Positions 9,946 through 19,931 of a DNA stretch of 58,627 bases are shown piece after piece. Positions within the stretch are counted from its first letter, which is position 1. The number at the start of each line of letters is the position of its first letter. The stretch covers positions 261 to 58,887 of the forward strand of contig JAOAGA010000002.1 of NCBI GenBank assembly GCA_026415985.1, written 5' to 3'. The notes under the pieces were generated by a model. It did no database searches and was not told the origin of the DNA. It saw only the letters and a list, made by a program, of their open reading frames with translations. The position numbers and the translations under genes were made by a program. The stretch comes from Pseudomonadota bacterium. Its GTDB lineage: Bacteria; CALINM01.

Positions 9946-10701
9946 ATGTTTGCTAAATTACTGAGACTGTTTTTAAATCAGAGAGTTCCGAGAAGTAACA
10001 GTGAACTTCTCAACATCCTCTACGGAAGGAAATCCTGCAGGAATTTTAAAAATCAGGCGGTCTCGAAAGAGATAATTGAAGAGATCGTCAAAATCGGAGC
10101 CCTTACTCCATCTACCGTTAATCTCCAAACGTGGAGTTTTTTTCCATTTACAAAAGATGAATGGCAGGAAAAATTTCAAAGTCCCATTCCCTTTGGTGCA
10201 GGTGGTGCTATTATAATTTGTGCTGATCTGAAAAGATTAGAAGTTGTTGACACAGCTTTTAAGAGTTATCCACTCTTTTTTTATACCCTTGCGGTTATGA
10301 ACGCTTCCCTGTCTGCTATGAATATGACGTTAGCGGTAGAAGCTTTGGGTATGAAATCAATAATGCTTTCACAAACCGGAAGAACTGGTCTTTGTGATAT
10401 TAAATACCTTAAAGAAAAATTAGTACTACCTAAGATGGTGTTTCCTATTACAACCTTAGCTTTTGGTTATCCCGCTTCAGAAGTTCTTTTTTCACCGCCT
10501 AAGCTAAAGCCTTCCGTGGTATCACATACAAGAGAGTATCATCTTGATTCTGATGAGATGAAGAAATGGTTTGAAGATATGAATTTTGTTTGTAAAATGA
10601 TAGATAGAGAACATTTAACAGAGAAGTTTGAAAAATATCTAAAACTACTTCCTCAGGCAGAAAAGGAGTTAAATGCTGTACTCGAAGAAATTAAGGATTA
10701 G
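9946..10701 (+). CDS. Nitroreductase-family protein
   Basis: RKSCRNF and PSTVNLQTW motifs typical of the FMN nitroreductase fold. 251 aa. Confidence 0.6.
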   Translation: MFAKLLRLFLNQRVPRSNSELLNILYGRKSCRNFKNQAVSKEIIEEIVKIGALTPSTVNLQTWSFFPFTKDEWQEKFQSPIPFGAGGAIIICADLKRLEVVDTAFKSYPLFFYTLAVMNASLSAMNMTLAVEALGMKSIMLSQTGRTGLCDIKYLKEKLVLPKMVFPITTLAFGYPASEVLFSPPKLKPSVVSHTREYHLDSDEMKKWFEDMNFVCKMIDREHLTEKFEKYLKLLPQAEKELNAVLEEIKD

Positions 10702-12250
10702 CATACTTTTACTAATCTTTTTCATAATTTTTACCGGTGCTAAGGAAAGAAAACAGAAAAAAACACAAAGACTCTCTCTTTTTGAAAAGATTAAATCGGA
10801 ATATTTAATTTATAAAAACTCCAAAAATGAACTGAAAGATAATGTTTTGAAAGGATATATCCTTAAGTTTGACCGGTTCTCAAAGAGTGGTAAAGAGTCA
10901 GAAGTAGTTGCAAGTAAATATTTTAAGGCTGACATTAATGAAAAGCTCTTTGAAATAACAGGTGATAAATCTTATCTGGTTGAAGCTATTAAATTATATG
11001 AGGAAGTAAGTAAAAACAGAGGGACCAATCTTTCTCTTGCTGCCCAGAAAAAAATAGAGCTTCTGAAAAAGCCCTCAAATCAGGACGATCCTGAAGTTGT
11101 AAATACAGAAAAAAAGAAAGAAGATTTACCAGTTACTGGTCTTATTAATCTTACAAATATAAAATACTGGTCAGATAATAATTATACAAGGGTAGTAGTG
11201 GAACTTGAAAAACAAACGCTCTATGATATTAAAACACTCAAAGAAGATTATGAAAACAAAAAACCGCCGAGGATTGTAATAGATTTTAAAAATAGCATTG
11301 CCAACAAAGAACTTCTTAAAAATGCCATCGAGATTAACGATAATCTTCTTGAAAAAATAAGAGTCGGTCAGTATAGAGATGATCTGGCAAGGGTGGTATT
11401 AGATCTTAAGTCTATCGGTAAATATAACGTATTTAGTCTGACAGATCCCTTCAGGGTTGTGGTGGATATATATGCATCTGATAAGGGGGGTTCTGTTAAT
11501 TTGGTACCTCAGGACTCCAAAAAGATTCAGGAAAAAAAGATTGAAAGCAAGCATATATTTCATAATATTAAATCTATTGTCATCGATACAGGTCATGGTG
11601 ATCACGATCCCGGGGCTATAGGTATTGATGGATTAAGAGAGAAAGACGTAGTTCTTGACATTGGGTTAAGACTTGGCAGGCTTATAAAGGAATACTTTCC
11701 TGATATAAATATCTATTACACAAGGGACAGGGATATTTTTCTGCCTCTTGAAGAAAGGACAGCCTTTGCCAATTCCAAGAAGGCAGATCTGTTTATATCC
11801 ATTCATGCCAATGCGAGCAAGAACAAATCTGCCAGTGGAATTGAAACCTATTTTCTTAATTTTGCCAAGGAAAAAAGGGCTATGGAGGTTGTAGCAAGAG
11901 AAAATGCTACAACAATTGAAGGGGTCGATGAAGTTCAGACAATATTAAAAGATTTGCTTATAAGCAGTAAATACAACGAATCGAGCTTATTCGCATCGGT
12001 TATTCAGAAAAATCTTGTTTCAAGGTTATCTCAGGAGTATAACGATATTGTTGATTTAGGGGTAAAACAGGGTCCTTTTTATGTATTGCTTGGTTCTGCC
12101 ATGCCAAGTATCCTTGTAGAGGTTTCTTTTATTACCCATCCTACCGAGGGCAGAAGGCTTGCCAGTGAGTCCTATAGAGAGAAGATAGCAGAAGGAATAA
12201 TGAATGGTATTAAAGAGTATATAGAAAGAACTGCTTTGGTTAAAAACTAA
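10673..12250 (+). CDS. N-acetylmuramoyl-L-alanine amidase with AMIN domain (AmiC-like)
   Basis: N-terminal hydrophobic anchor, an AMIN-like segment (NIKYWSDNNYTRVVVEL...VIDF), and a C-terminal Amidase_3 domain (IVIDTGHGDHDPGA, SIHANA). Confidence 0.8.
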   Translation: MLYSKKLRISILLLIFFIIFTGAKERKQKKTQRLSLFEKIKSEYLIYKNSKNELKDNVLKGYILKFDRFSKSGKESEVVASKYFKADINEKLFEITGDKSYLVEAIKLYEEVSKNRGTNLSLAAQKKIELLKKPSNQDDPEVVNTEKKKEDLPVTGLINLTNIKYWSDNNYTRVVVELEKQTLYDIKTLKEDYENKKPPRIVIDFKNSIANKELLKNAIEINDNLLEKIRVGQYRDDLARVVLDLKSIGKYNVFSLTDPFRVVVDIYASDKGGSVNLVPQDSKKIQEKKIESKHIFHNIKSIVIDTGHGDHDPGAIGIDGLREKDVVLDIGLRLGRLIKEYFPDINIYYTRDRDIFLPLEERTAFANSKKADLFISIHANASKNKSASGIETYFLNFAKEKRAMEVVARENATTIEGVDEVQTILKDLLISSKYNESSLFASVIQKNLVSRLSQEYNDIVDLGVKQGPFYVLLGSAMPSILVEVSFITHPTEGRRLASESYREKIAEGIMNGIKEYIERTALVKN

Positions 12251-12252
12251 AA

Positions 12253-14817
12253 ATGATTAATAGGTTTATAAACAAGATAAATAATTTTTCCGGGCTTGAG
12301 AAAGATTTTTTTCTGAAGCATAAAAACTCCCTTTCTCTTCTTAAAAAAAGAACTGAGTTTTTTGATAAATTAATTTCAGATACTGTTTGTGAAATTACCG
12401 GAAACATTGGAAAAGAAAGATTTTTCATCTGTGCGGTTGGCGGATACGGCAGAAGAGAGTTGTATCCTCAGTCAGATATTGATATGGTAATAATCTCACA
12501 AAAGGAGTCTGAAGATTGTTTGAAAAATATTTATCAAAAAGTTATCGTTTCGTTACTTGACTCAAAAGTTGAGGTAGGGTATGCCTTCAGAGAGATTAAT
12601 GATTTACCTGATGACATTGAAAAAGATATAACCATAATAACGTCTTATCTAAACGCCAGATATCTTTGTGGCAATTATATGTTATTTGATAAATGGAAGA
12701 GAGAGTTTCTGTCTCCATATCTGAAAAAGATACGAATACCATATTTAAAGTCAAAACTAAAGGAGTACGACAAAAGGCTCTTAAAATACAATCAAAACCC
12801 CTATATATTAGAGCCGAACATAAAAGAAGGCATAGGTGGTCTCAGAGATTTTCATTATATAAACTGGTTAAGCAAAGTGGCGATAAAACAGGGTGATCCA
12901 TTAGGATTATATTATCTCAATATAATAAGCAAAAGAGAGCTTGAGGAGTTAAATAACGCCTATCAGTTTCTTTCAAAGATAAGATGTTATATCCATCTTT
13001 TCAAGTATATAAAAAAGGAAACACTTACTTTTGAGGTACAACAGGAGGTAGCGGAGTTTTTAAACTATAAGGATAGAGAAGATGCCTCCTTTGTTGAAGT
13101 TTTCATGCAGGATTATTATAAGCATACCAATAATGTATACATGATAACAAAAAAGGTCTTTCATAACCTCAACATACTGATGAGCAAGAAAAAAAATTTT
13201 GTGAAAAATGAAGTTGATGCAGGAATTTTTTTAGAAGGATTGGGTGGCGGAGAGATAAATATCAACCCCTTTAAGGCAGATAAAAATCCGAGAATAATTT
13301 TCAAAGTCTTTCTCTACAGCAAGAATCTGGAAAGACCGATATCTTTCAAATCCATTGACTTTATAAAAAATATTGCTGAAAACTTTAATATAAAAGTATG
13401 GGATGAAGAGCTAAGAAATATCCTTTTTCAACTGTTTACGCCATTAAAAGCAAATGATTTTAATGTAATAATGGATATGTATTACTCTAATTTTTTAAAG
13501 ATTATCTTTCCCGAGTTTGGAAATATTTATCATAAAATGCAGTTTGATGCCTATCATATATATACCATTGATATTCACTCTCTGTATTCCGTTAAAAATA
13601 TTTTTGATTATTTTCACAACGATAAAAATGGTATAAGAAAGAAAATCAGGAAGCCCCATATTCTTGCACTGGCAGGGCTTCTGCATGATATTGGCAAGGG
13701 GCTTGGCAAGGAACACTCGGAAAAAGGTGCTGTGATAGTAGATTCAATTTGCAAAAGACTCGGACTTTCAATAGAAGACAAGGAACTGTTGATTTTTTTG
13801 GTTAAAAACCATTTGCTTTTATCTAAGATAGCTCAGAGAAGGGATATTTCCGATTTAAAATTTTTAGCTAAAGTATATGAAGATGATATAAAAAGTAGAG
13901 ATAATTTTGAGTATCTTTATTTTCTTACATTGGCAGACCTGATGTCTGTGGGGGAGGGAGTTTTCAGTCAGTGGAAGGAAAATCTCTTCAACACACTGTA
14001 TCTAAATTTCGAAAGGGTTATCTCTTCGAGTAAAGAAGGCTTTGACTACATTGAAGAATATGGCAAATTAAAGAAAGCTGAGCTAATAGACTATTTGAAA
14101 AACAGAAAATTAGAGACATTAATCCCCTATGTTGAGTATCTGCCTGCTAATTATGTCATTACAAATAATTATGAGGATATCGAGAAACATCTTTATATTG
14201 ACAGGGAGTTTCATCTTTCAGGAAAAAAATATCTTACCAGTATAAAACCAAACCATGAAAATAAGGTTACAGAAATAATAATAGCAAGCGAAGATAAAAA
14301 GGGGTTATTCTATAAGTTAGCAGGTATAATGACTTACACAGGCTTTAATATCCTTAGCGCTAATATAAACACAAGAACTAATGGTTCCGTTTTAGATGTT
14401 TTTTATGTTGATCTGGGTAAAAGAGAATATGAGTTTGACGTACATTTAAATGAAAGATTAATTGAGCTTCTTGAGGAAGTTCTTGTGGAAGGAAAGGATA
14501 TTGATGAAAAGATAACAAAAAAGGTAAAAGCCTTTCATAGAAAAACGGTCTTTAAGGAAAAAGATGAGATTTATTTTGATAACACGAGTTCAGAAGATTA
14601 TACGATCATAGATATCTTTACAAGAGATCATATAGGACTTCTTTATGAGATTACGAAGAAGTTATATCAACTGAACTTGGATATTTATTTTTCCAAGATT
14701 GCGACCTTAGGCGAAAGGGCTATAGACGTATTTTATGTGCAGAAAAACGGAAAAAAAGTGGTTGAGCAACAGGAGCTGGAAAATATAAGGAATGCCCTTT
14801 TAAAAACACTTTCTTAG
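12253..14817 (+). CDS. glnD: [Protein-PII] uridylyltransferase/uridylyl-removing enzyme
   Basis: Nucleotidyltransferase GGYGRRELYPQSDID, HD domain LLHDIGKG, two C-terminal ACT-like repeats. 854 aa. Confidence 0.85.
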   Translation: MINRFINKINNFSGLEKDFFLKHKNSLSLLKKRTEFFDKLISDTVCEITGNIGKERFFICAVGGYGRRELYPQSDIDMVIISQKESEDCLKNIYQKVIVSLLDSKVEVGYAFREINDLPDDIEKDITIITSYLNARYLCGNYMLFDKWKREFLSPYLKKIRIPYLKSKLKEYDKRLLKYNQNPYILEPNIKEGIGGLRDFHYINWLSKVAIKQGDPLGLYYLNIISKRELEELNNAYQFLSKIRCYIHLFKYIKKETLTFEVQQEVAEFLNYKDREDASFVEVFMQDYYKHTNNVYMITKKVFHNLNILMSKKKNFVKNEVDAGIFLEGLGGGEININPFKADKNPRIIFKVFLYSKNLERPISFKSIDFIKNIAENFNIKVWDEELRNILFQLFTPLKANDFNVIMDMYYSNFLKIIFPEFGNIYHKMQFDAYHIYTIDIHSLYSVKNIFDYFHNDKNGIRKKIRKPHILALAGLLHDIGKGLGKEHSEKGAVIVDSICKRLGLSIEDKELLIFLVKNHLLLSKIAQRRDISDLKFLAKVYEDDIKSRDNFEYLYFLTLADLMSVGEGVFSQWKENLFNTLYLNFERVISSSKEGFDYIEEYGKLKKAELIDYLKNRKLETLIPYVEYLPANYVITNNYEDIEKHLYIDREFHLSGKKYLTSIKPNHENKVTEIIIASEDKKGLFYKLAGIMTYTGFNILSANINTRTNGSVLDVFYVDLGKREYEFDVHLNERLIELLEEVLVEGKDIDEKITKKVKAFHRKTVFKEKDEIYFDNTSSEDYTIIDIFTRDHIGLLYEITKKLYQLNLDIYFSKIATLGERAIDVFYVQKNGKKVVEQQELENIRNALLKTLS

Positions 14818-15497
14818 TCGTCTTTGTGTAACAAAGAATGGATCTTTTTCTCTAAAGGGTCTTTATAAATATAGATTATTAGCATAATTATACCAACCAG
14901 AACTGCAAGGGTAATGAAAGATTTATAATACTCATTTCTTATTAGTGTCCCTGCTACTGATAAAAGATAGGTACTGACAAGTCTTCCAAAGGTAGAGATT
15001 ATAAAAAAGACCCTCAATCTCATATTACTTAGACCAAGAATATAACATAGATAGTCCTTTGGAAAGCCGGGCATTAAAAACAGTATGGCAGAGATGGCGG
15101 TTCCTCTGTGGGTCATTAAATAATCGAACTTCTCGAGATATTTTCTGTTTACGAATAAAAGCACAAAGGGCCTTCCGAAAAACCTCGCCAATGAAAAAGC
15201 TACCATGGAACCTAAAGTAAGCCCTATGGTTGAATAAAAGGTCCCTAATATTACTCCGAAAAGGTAACCGCCAATAAATCCGGTAACCTCTCCGGGTATG
15301 AAGGCTATGGTTACTTGTAATATTTGTAATCCTATGAAAATGAATACAGAGAGTGTTTTGTATTTGTTAATAAAAGAAATTATTTGATTTTTATCAGAAA
15401 AAAACTGCCACAGCTGATATTTAAAGGTTAGATAAGTAGAGACCGAAAATATAAGAATGAGTAAGACTGCTTTTAAATAAATAATCTTTCTGTTCAT
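14814..15497 (-). CDS. DedA/TVP38 (VTT-domain) membrane protein
   Basis: Polytopic 227-aa protein with FIPGEVTGFIGGYLFG and FSLARFFGRPF motifs. Its stop codon overlaps the glnD stop codon. Confidence 0.7.
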   Translation of the reverse strand: MNRKIIYLKAVLLILIFSVSTYLTFKYQLWQFFSDKNQIISFINKYKTLSVFIFIGLQILQVTIAFIPGEVTGFIGGYLFGVILGTFYSTIGLTLGSMVAFSLARFFGRPFVLLFVNRKYLEKFDYLMTHRGTAISAILFLMPGFPKDYLCYILGLSNMRLRVFFIISTFGRLVSTYLLSVAGTLIRNEYYKSFITLAVLVGIIMLIIYIYKDPLEKKIHSLLHKDD

Positions 15498-15549
15498 TCG
15501 GTTAAATTAAAAGATTATATAAAAAAAGTTGTAATTACAAGTTTTTTCT

Positions 15550-16443
15550 TTGTTTTTTGGCAATGATTTAAAATATAATTTTCTTGTGGAGAGAGAGGTA
15601 GAAAGATTTCTTGAATACCTGAAAATAGAGAAAGGTTTATCAAAAAATACAATAGAATCTTATTACTTCGATTTAAAAAGTTTCTCTGAATACTTTAAAG
15701 GTAAAGAGGTTAAAGAAATTGGTTACAACGAGTTTCTCGACTATTTTGAGAGTCTCCATAGGGGAGAAAAAGAAATAACCACTATTATCAGAAATATAGT
15801 TACCATAAGAAGATTTACCAAATTCTTGCTGGCAGTGGGGTTGATTGAAAAGGATCCTTTAGCCAGTTTTGAACTTCCTAAGATGAAAAGGAGTCTTCCT
15901 CACTTTCTGTCGGAGGAAGAGGTGGAAGCTTTGATAAACTCTGTAGATATGTCGGAGAAAAATGCTTTAAGAGATAGAGTGATAGTAGAGCTTTTGTATG
16001 GTTGTGGTTTAAGGGTTTCTGAGCTTACAAGTTTAAAACTCAATCAGATAAACTTAAAATCTGGTTTTATAATAGTGTTAGGAAAAGGTAGTAAGGAAAG
16101 GGTAGTCCCAATGGGAGAAGAGCTTATTTTCTGGCTTAAGAAATATCTTGAAGATAAAGGTTATGGAGTATATTTGTTCCAGGGCAGAAACAAAAAACCT
16201 ATAACGAGGCAGTATGTATGGAAGATTTTAAAAAAACTTGCGTCTAAAGTAAATATAAACTATATAACTCCCCATACTTTAAGACATAGTTTTGCTACCC
16301 ATCTTTTACAAAGAGGTGCAGACTTACACACGGTTCAGCTGTTATTGGGACATTCAGATATTTCAACTACGGAGATATATACCCATATTACTATGGACAG
16401 ACTAAAAGAGGTTTATTACGAGTATCATCCGAGGGCTAAATGA
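15550..16443 (+). CDS. xerD: Tyrosine site-specific recombinase XerC/XerD
   Basis: Catalytic motifs GLRVSEL, HTLRHSFATHLL and LLGHSDISTTEIYTH. The start is uncertain: TTG at 15550, or in-frame GTG at 15586 giving the typical short N-terminus before FLEYL. Confidence 0.8.
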   Translation: MFFGNDLKYNFLVEREVERFLEYLKIEKGLSKNTIESYYFDLKSFSEYFKGKEVKEIGYNEFLDYFESLHRGEKEITTIIRNIVTIRRFTKFLLAVGLIEKDPLASFELPKMKRSLPHFLSEEEVEALINSVDMSEKNALRDRVIVELLYGCGLRVSELTSLKLNQINLKSGFIIVLGKGSKERVVPMGEELIFWLKKYLEDKGYGVYLFQGRNKKPITRQYVWKILKKLASKVNINYITPHTLRHSFATHLLQRGADLHTVQLLLGHSDISTTEIYTHITMDRLKEVYYEYHPRAK

Positions 16444-19073
16444 ATAAAAAAGAGCTAATTACTACCCATATAAATGCTGATTTTGATGCCATTGCCTCTC
16501 TTATAGGTGCGAAAAAACTTTATCCTTCCGCAACAGTTTTTTTCCCGGGGTCACAGGAGAAGTCTGCCAAAGATGATTTTGTCAGAAAAGTTCTTGAGGA
16601 TATTGATGCGGTTAAGCAGAAAAATATTAATCTCAGAGATATTAAGAAGATTATAATAGTAGATACGAGAAACCCGAAAAGGTTGGATATTCCCTCCGAT
16701 CTTTTTTCAAAAAAAGATGCAGAAATAATAATTTATGACCACCATCCTTATCAGGAAGGGGATTTGGTACCCCACAAACTTTTTTATCAAAAAACAGGTT
16801 CAACTACAACCATAATAACTTTAATACTGAGAGAAAAAGGTATATCTCTTACTCCAGATGAAGCAACTATTATGCTTACAGGAATATATGAAGATACAGG
16901 AAACCTGACCTATGAATCAACCTCTCCTGATGATTATTTAGCCTGTTCCTTTTTGTTATCTCAGGGAGGTAACTTGAAGATAGTGAGAAACCTTTTAAGC
17001 AGGGAGATTTCCAAAGAAGAGATAAAATTACTTAATGAGATGTTAAGTTCATTAAAGATTTATTCAATCTATGGGATAGATGTTGGGATATCAACAATTT
17101 TTAGTGAAGATTATATAAGGGACTTTGCGGTGATTGTTCAGAAGGTTAAGGATATTGAAAATCTCCCCGTAATGTTTGGTATAGGAAGTTTGGGTGATAG
17201 AATTATAGTTTCAGCAAGGAGCAGGTTGCCGGAAGTTGATGTGTCAAGAATACTTGCCAGGTTAGGCGGTGGTGGTCATGCCTTTGCAGGATCTGCTGTT
17301 GTTAAGGATTTAACAACAATTCAGGTGGAGGAGATAATTTTAACAGAGCTTAAGGAAGTTATTAAAAAACCCAAAGAGGCACGGGATATTATGTCTATGC
17401 CTGTTAAGTATATAAGTCCCGATACAACTATAATTGATGCGGAAGAGATTCTTACCAAATACAATATTAATATGGTTCCCGTTTGTGAGAACACCGGAGG
17501 TAAAAATAAGATTATAGGATTAATATCGAGACAAAATGTTGAAAAAGCAGATTTTCATGGTTTTGGTAAGTTACCGGTCAAAAACTTTATGACTACAGAG
17601 TTTTACACTGTCAAGCCCGGTTCTGACATCAAAGAGATAAAGGATCTTATTTTTAGAGGAAGACAGAGGCTTCTTCCCGTAATTAATGAGTATGAAGAGC
17701 CCATAGGTGTTATTACGAGAACCGATTTTTTAAGGATTCTTCAGGATGAAAAAATCATTACTGAAAAAGAGAGTGAACAAAAGGATGAATATTTCAAAAA
17801 TCTTCGTTCTCTAATGAAAGATCTGATTGATGAGAATATTTATGAAAGATTGGTTAAGATCGGAGAGGTAGCGGAAGCGCTTGGTTATAACGCCTTTTTG
17901 GTCGGTGGTATAGTAAGAGATCTGATTCTGAGGAAAAAGAATTTAGATATAGATATTGTAGTTGAAGGAGATGGTATCAGGCTTGCCAATACTGTATCAA
18001 AATTGCTTTCCGTTAAGGTTACGGAACACAAAAAGTTTGGTACAGCCCATTTGATTTATTCTGATGGTACCAAAATTGATATTGCAACGGCGAGAATTGA
18101 GTATTATCCTCATCCTGCAAGTCTGCCAACCGTAGAGAAGGGGTCACTGAAATTAGATCTTTACAGACGAGACTTTACTATAAATACACTTGCGGTGAAA
18201 CTAAATCCGAATGGTTTCGGTGAGCTTATTGATTACTTTGGCGGGTTGAGAGATTTGAAAGAGGGAATGATAAGAGTTCTTCACAACCTGAGTTTCGTTG
18301 AAGATCCTACGAGAGTTTTCAGGGCAGTTAGGTTCGAGGTCAGATTTGATTTCAAAATCAGTAAACACTCTTTGTATCTTATTAAAAATGCCATAAAGAT
18401 GAATGTCTTTGATATGCTTTCCGGTAACAGGCTTTTTAGCGAGCTACTCCTCATTCTTGAAGAAGAGTATCCTGAGAAGATATTTGACAGACTCGATGAG
18501 TTATCTCTTATTCAATATATCCATAGAGATTTAAAATGGAAGAAAATAAAATCACTTTTTATAAGGGCTAAAGAGATAATTAAATGGTATGAGTTACTTT
18601 ATACCGGGAGAGAAGTTGATAAAAGAATAGTTCTTTTTTCGGCGCTTTTTGACGGCATTGAGTACGCTATGTTGAAAGATTTGGTTCATAATTTTTCCAT
18701 AACCGGTCAGTTTGGGAAAAAGATTTTAGAGATTAAAAATAAAGAAAATCTGACCTTTGAAAAACTTTCAAAAATGTCCGATGAAAGCGATGTATATTTT
18801 ATATTCAGAGACTTATCTGTCGAAGCAATTATTTTTTATATGGCCAAGTTTAATGACAGCTCTGTAAAAAAGCTTGTTTCCCGGTATTTCAAAGAAATGA
18901 TTAATATTAAACCGGTGATAACAGGAGAAGATTTAATTGCCCTTGGGTTAAAACCGTCTGCGATATTTACGGAGATTTTCGAAGCACTGATAAGGGCTTA
19001 CATAAAGGGTGAGGTTAAAAACAGAGATGATGAGATAAATCTTGTAAAAAAAATGTTTCTAAAAAATCCTTAG
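16440..19073 (+). CDS. DHH/DHHA1 phosphoesterase - CBS pair - poly(A) polymerase/CCA-adding nucleotidyltransferase fusion protein
   Basis: NADFDA, IYDHHP and GGGGHAFAGSA (DHH/DHHA1 motifs), then two CBS-like repeats, then GGIVRDLILRKKNLDIDIVV (PolyA_pol head domain). 877 aa. Confidence 0.75.
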   Translation: MNKKELITTHINADFDAIASLIGAKKLYPSATVFFPGSQEKSAKDDFVRKVLEDIDAVKQKNINLRDIKKIIIVDTRNPKRLDIPSDLFSKKDAEIIIYDHHPYQEGDLVPHKLFYQKTGSTTTIITLILREKGISLTPDEATIMLTGIYEDTGNLTYESTSPDDYLACSFLLSQGGNLKIVRNLLSREISKEEIKLLNEMLSSLKIYSIYGIDVGISTIFSEDYIRDFAVIVQKVKDIENLPVMFGIGSLGDRIIVSARSRLPEVDVSRILARLGGGGHAFAGSAVVKDLTTIQVEEIILTELKEVIKKPKEARDIMSMPVKYISPDTTIIDAEEILTKYNINMVPVCENTGGKNKIIGLISRQNVEKADFHGFGKLPVKNFMTTEFYTVKPGSDIKEIKDLIFRGRQRLLPVINEYEEPIGVITRTDFLRILQDEKIITEKESEQKDEYFKNLRSLMKDLIDENIYERLVKIGEVAEALGYNAFLVGGIVRDLILRKKNLDIDIVVEGDGIRLANTVSKLLSVKVTEHKKFGTAHLIYSDGTKIDIATARIEYYPHPASLPTVEKGSLKLDLYRRDFTINTLAVKLNPNGFGELIDYFGGLRDLKEGMIRVLHNLSFVEDPTRVFRAVRFEVRFDFKISKHSLYLIKNAIKMNVFDMLSGNRLFSELLLILEEEYPEKIFDRLDELSLIQYIHRDLKWKKIKSLFIRAKEIIKWYELLYTGREVDKRIVLFSALFDGIEYAMLKDLVHNFSITGQFGKKILEIKNKENLTFEKLSKMSDESDVYFIFRDLSVEAIIFYMAKFNDSSVKKLVSRYFKEMINIKPVITGEDLIALGLKPSAIFTEIFEALIRAYIKGEVKNRDDEINLVKKMFLKNP

Positions 19074-19129
19074 CAAGATTGATTAATTGTTTTTTATTTA
19101 ATATAATTAAAGAAAAAATAGGAGGCTCT

Positions 19130-19870
19130 ATGAAAAAGTTTATTTTATCACTGTTTCTGATTTGTATTGTAGTAAACAAATCCTTTGCAATTGATGATAT
19201 TAAGTTTAGCTCAGGAATGACACAGGATCTGTTTAAGAAGTTTAGCGAAGAGATTGGCGTTGCCTTATCGTATAAACCTGTATCACCTGCAGAACCTTAC
19301 GGGCTAACTGGTTTTGACTTAGGAGTAGAGCTTTCTGCTATAAAGATTGATGATAAATATTGGAAAAATGCCCTTAAAGATCTTGATGCTCCATCATACT
19401 TGTTTGTCCCTAAGATTCACGCCATAAAGGGTCTTCCCTTTGGTATAGACATCGGTGCTGTCTATTCTCAGATTCCCGGTTCTAATGTGAAATATTTTGG
19501 CGGTGAGCTTAAATATGCAATAATTCAGGGGGGAGCGGTTTTTCCTGCTGTTGCTGTAAGAGGTACCTATACACAACTTTCTGGAGTAGACGAGCTTGAT
19601 TTTAAAACTTATGGTGCCGAGGCATCTATAAGTAAAGGTTTTGGTATCGGAGTTAAAATTACTCCCTATGCAGGTGTGGGCATGAACTATTTCAAAAGCA
19701 CACCTAAAGGTAACGCAAAGAATGTCTTAGGCTTGAAAGAGGAAACTTTTACCAAACCCAAAGCCTATCTGGGTGCAAGGTTAAATGTTCTTTTGCTGAC
19801 CGTAACAGGAGAAGTAGAGTATAATAATATTACACCTGTTTATTCAATTAAAGCGGGGCTATCTTTTTAG
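19130..19870 (+). CDS. Outer-membrane beta-barrel protein (unknown function)
   Basis: Start moved to the ATG at 19130, behind RBS GGAGG. Signal peptide MKKFILSLFLICIVVNKSFA, alternating amphipathic strands, C-terminal ...AGLSF ending in Phe. Confidence 0.5.
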   Translation: MKKFILSLFLICIVVNKSFAIDDIKFSSGMTQDLFKKFSEEIGVALSYKPVSPAEPYGLTGFDLGVELSAIKIDDKYWKNALKDLDAPSYLFVPKIHAIKGLPFGIDIGAVYSQIPGSNVKYFGGELKYAIIQGGAVFPAVAVRGTYTQLSGVDELDFKTYGAEASISKGFGIGVKITPYAGVGMNYFKSTPKGNAKNVLGLKEETFTKPKAYLGARLNVLLLTVTGEVEYNNITPVYSIKAGLSF

Positions 19871-19931
19871 TAAAATTTTCAACCTCTCATATCCTTAAAC
19901 AGGGGGAAATTCATCTTATAAGAGGTGAAAA

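Noticed and set aside
15550-16443. Tyrosine recombinase as a marker of an integrated mobile element
   Set aside because: It has the XerC/XerD-type motif set and size. There is no adjacent tRNA, direct repeats, or phage, plasmid or transposase genes. The neighbours are housekeeping genes.
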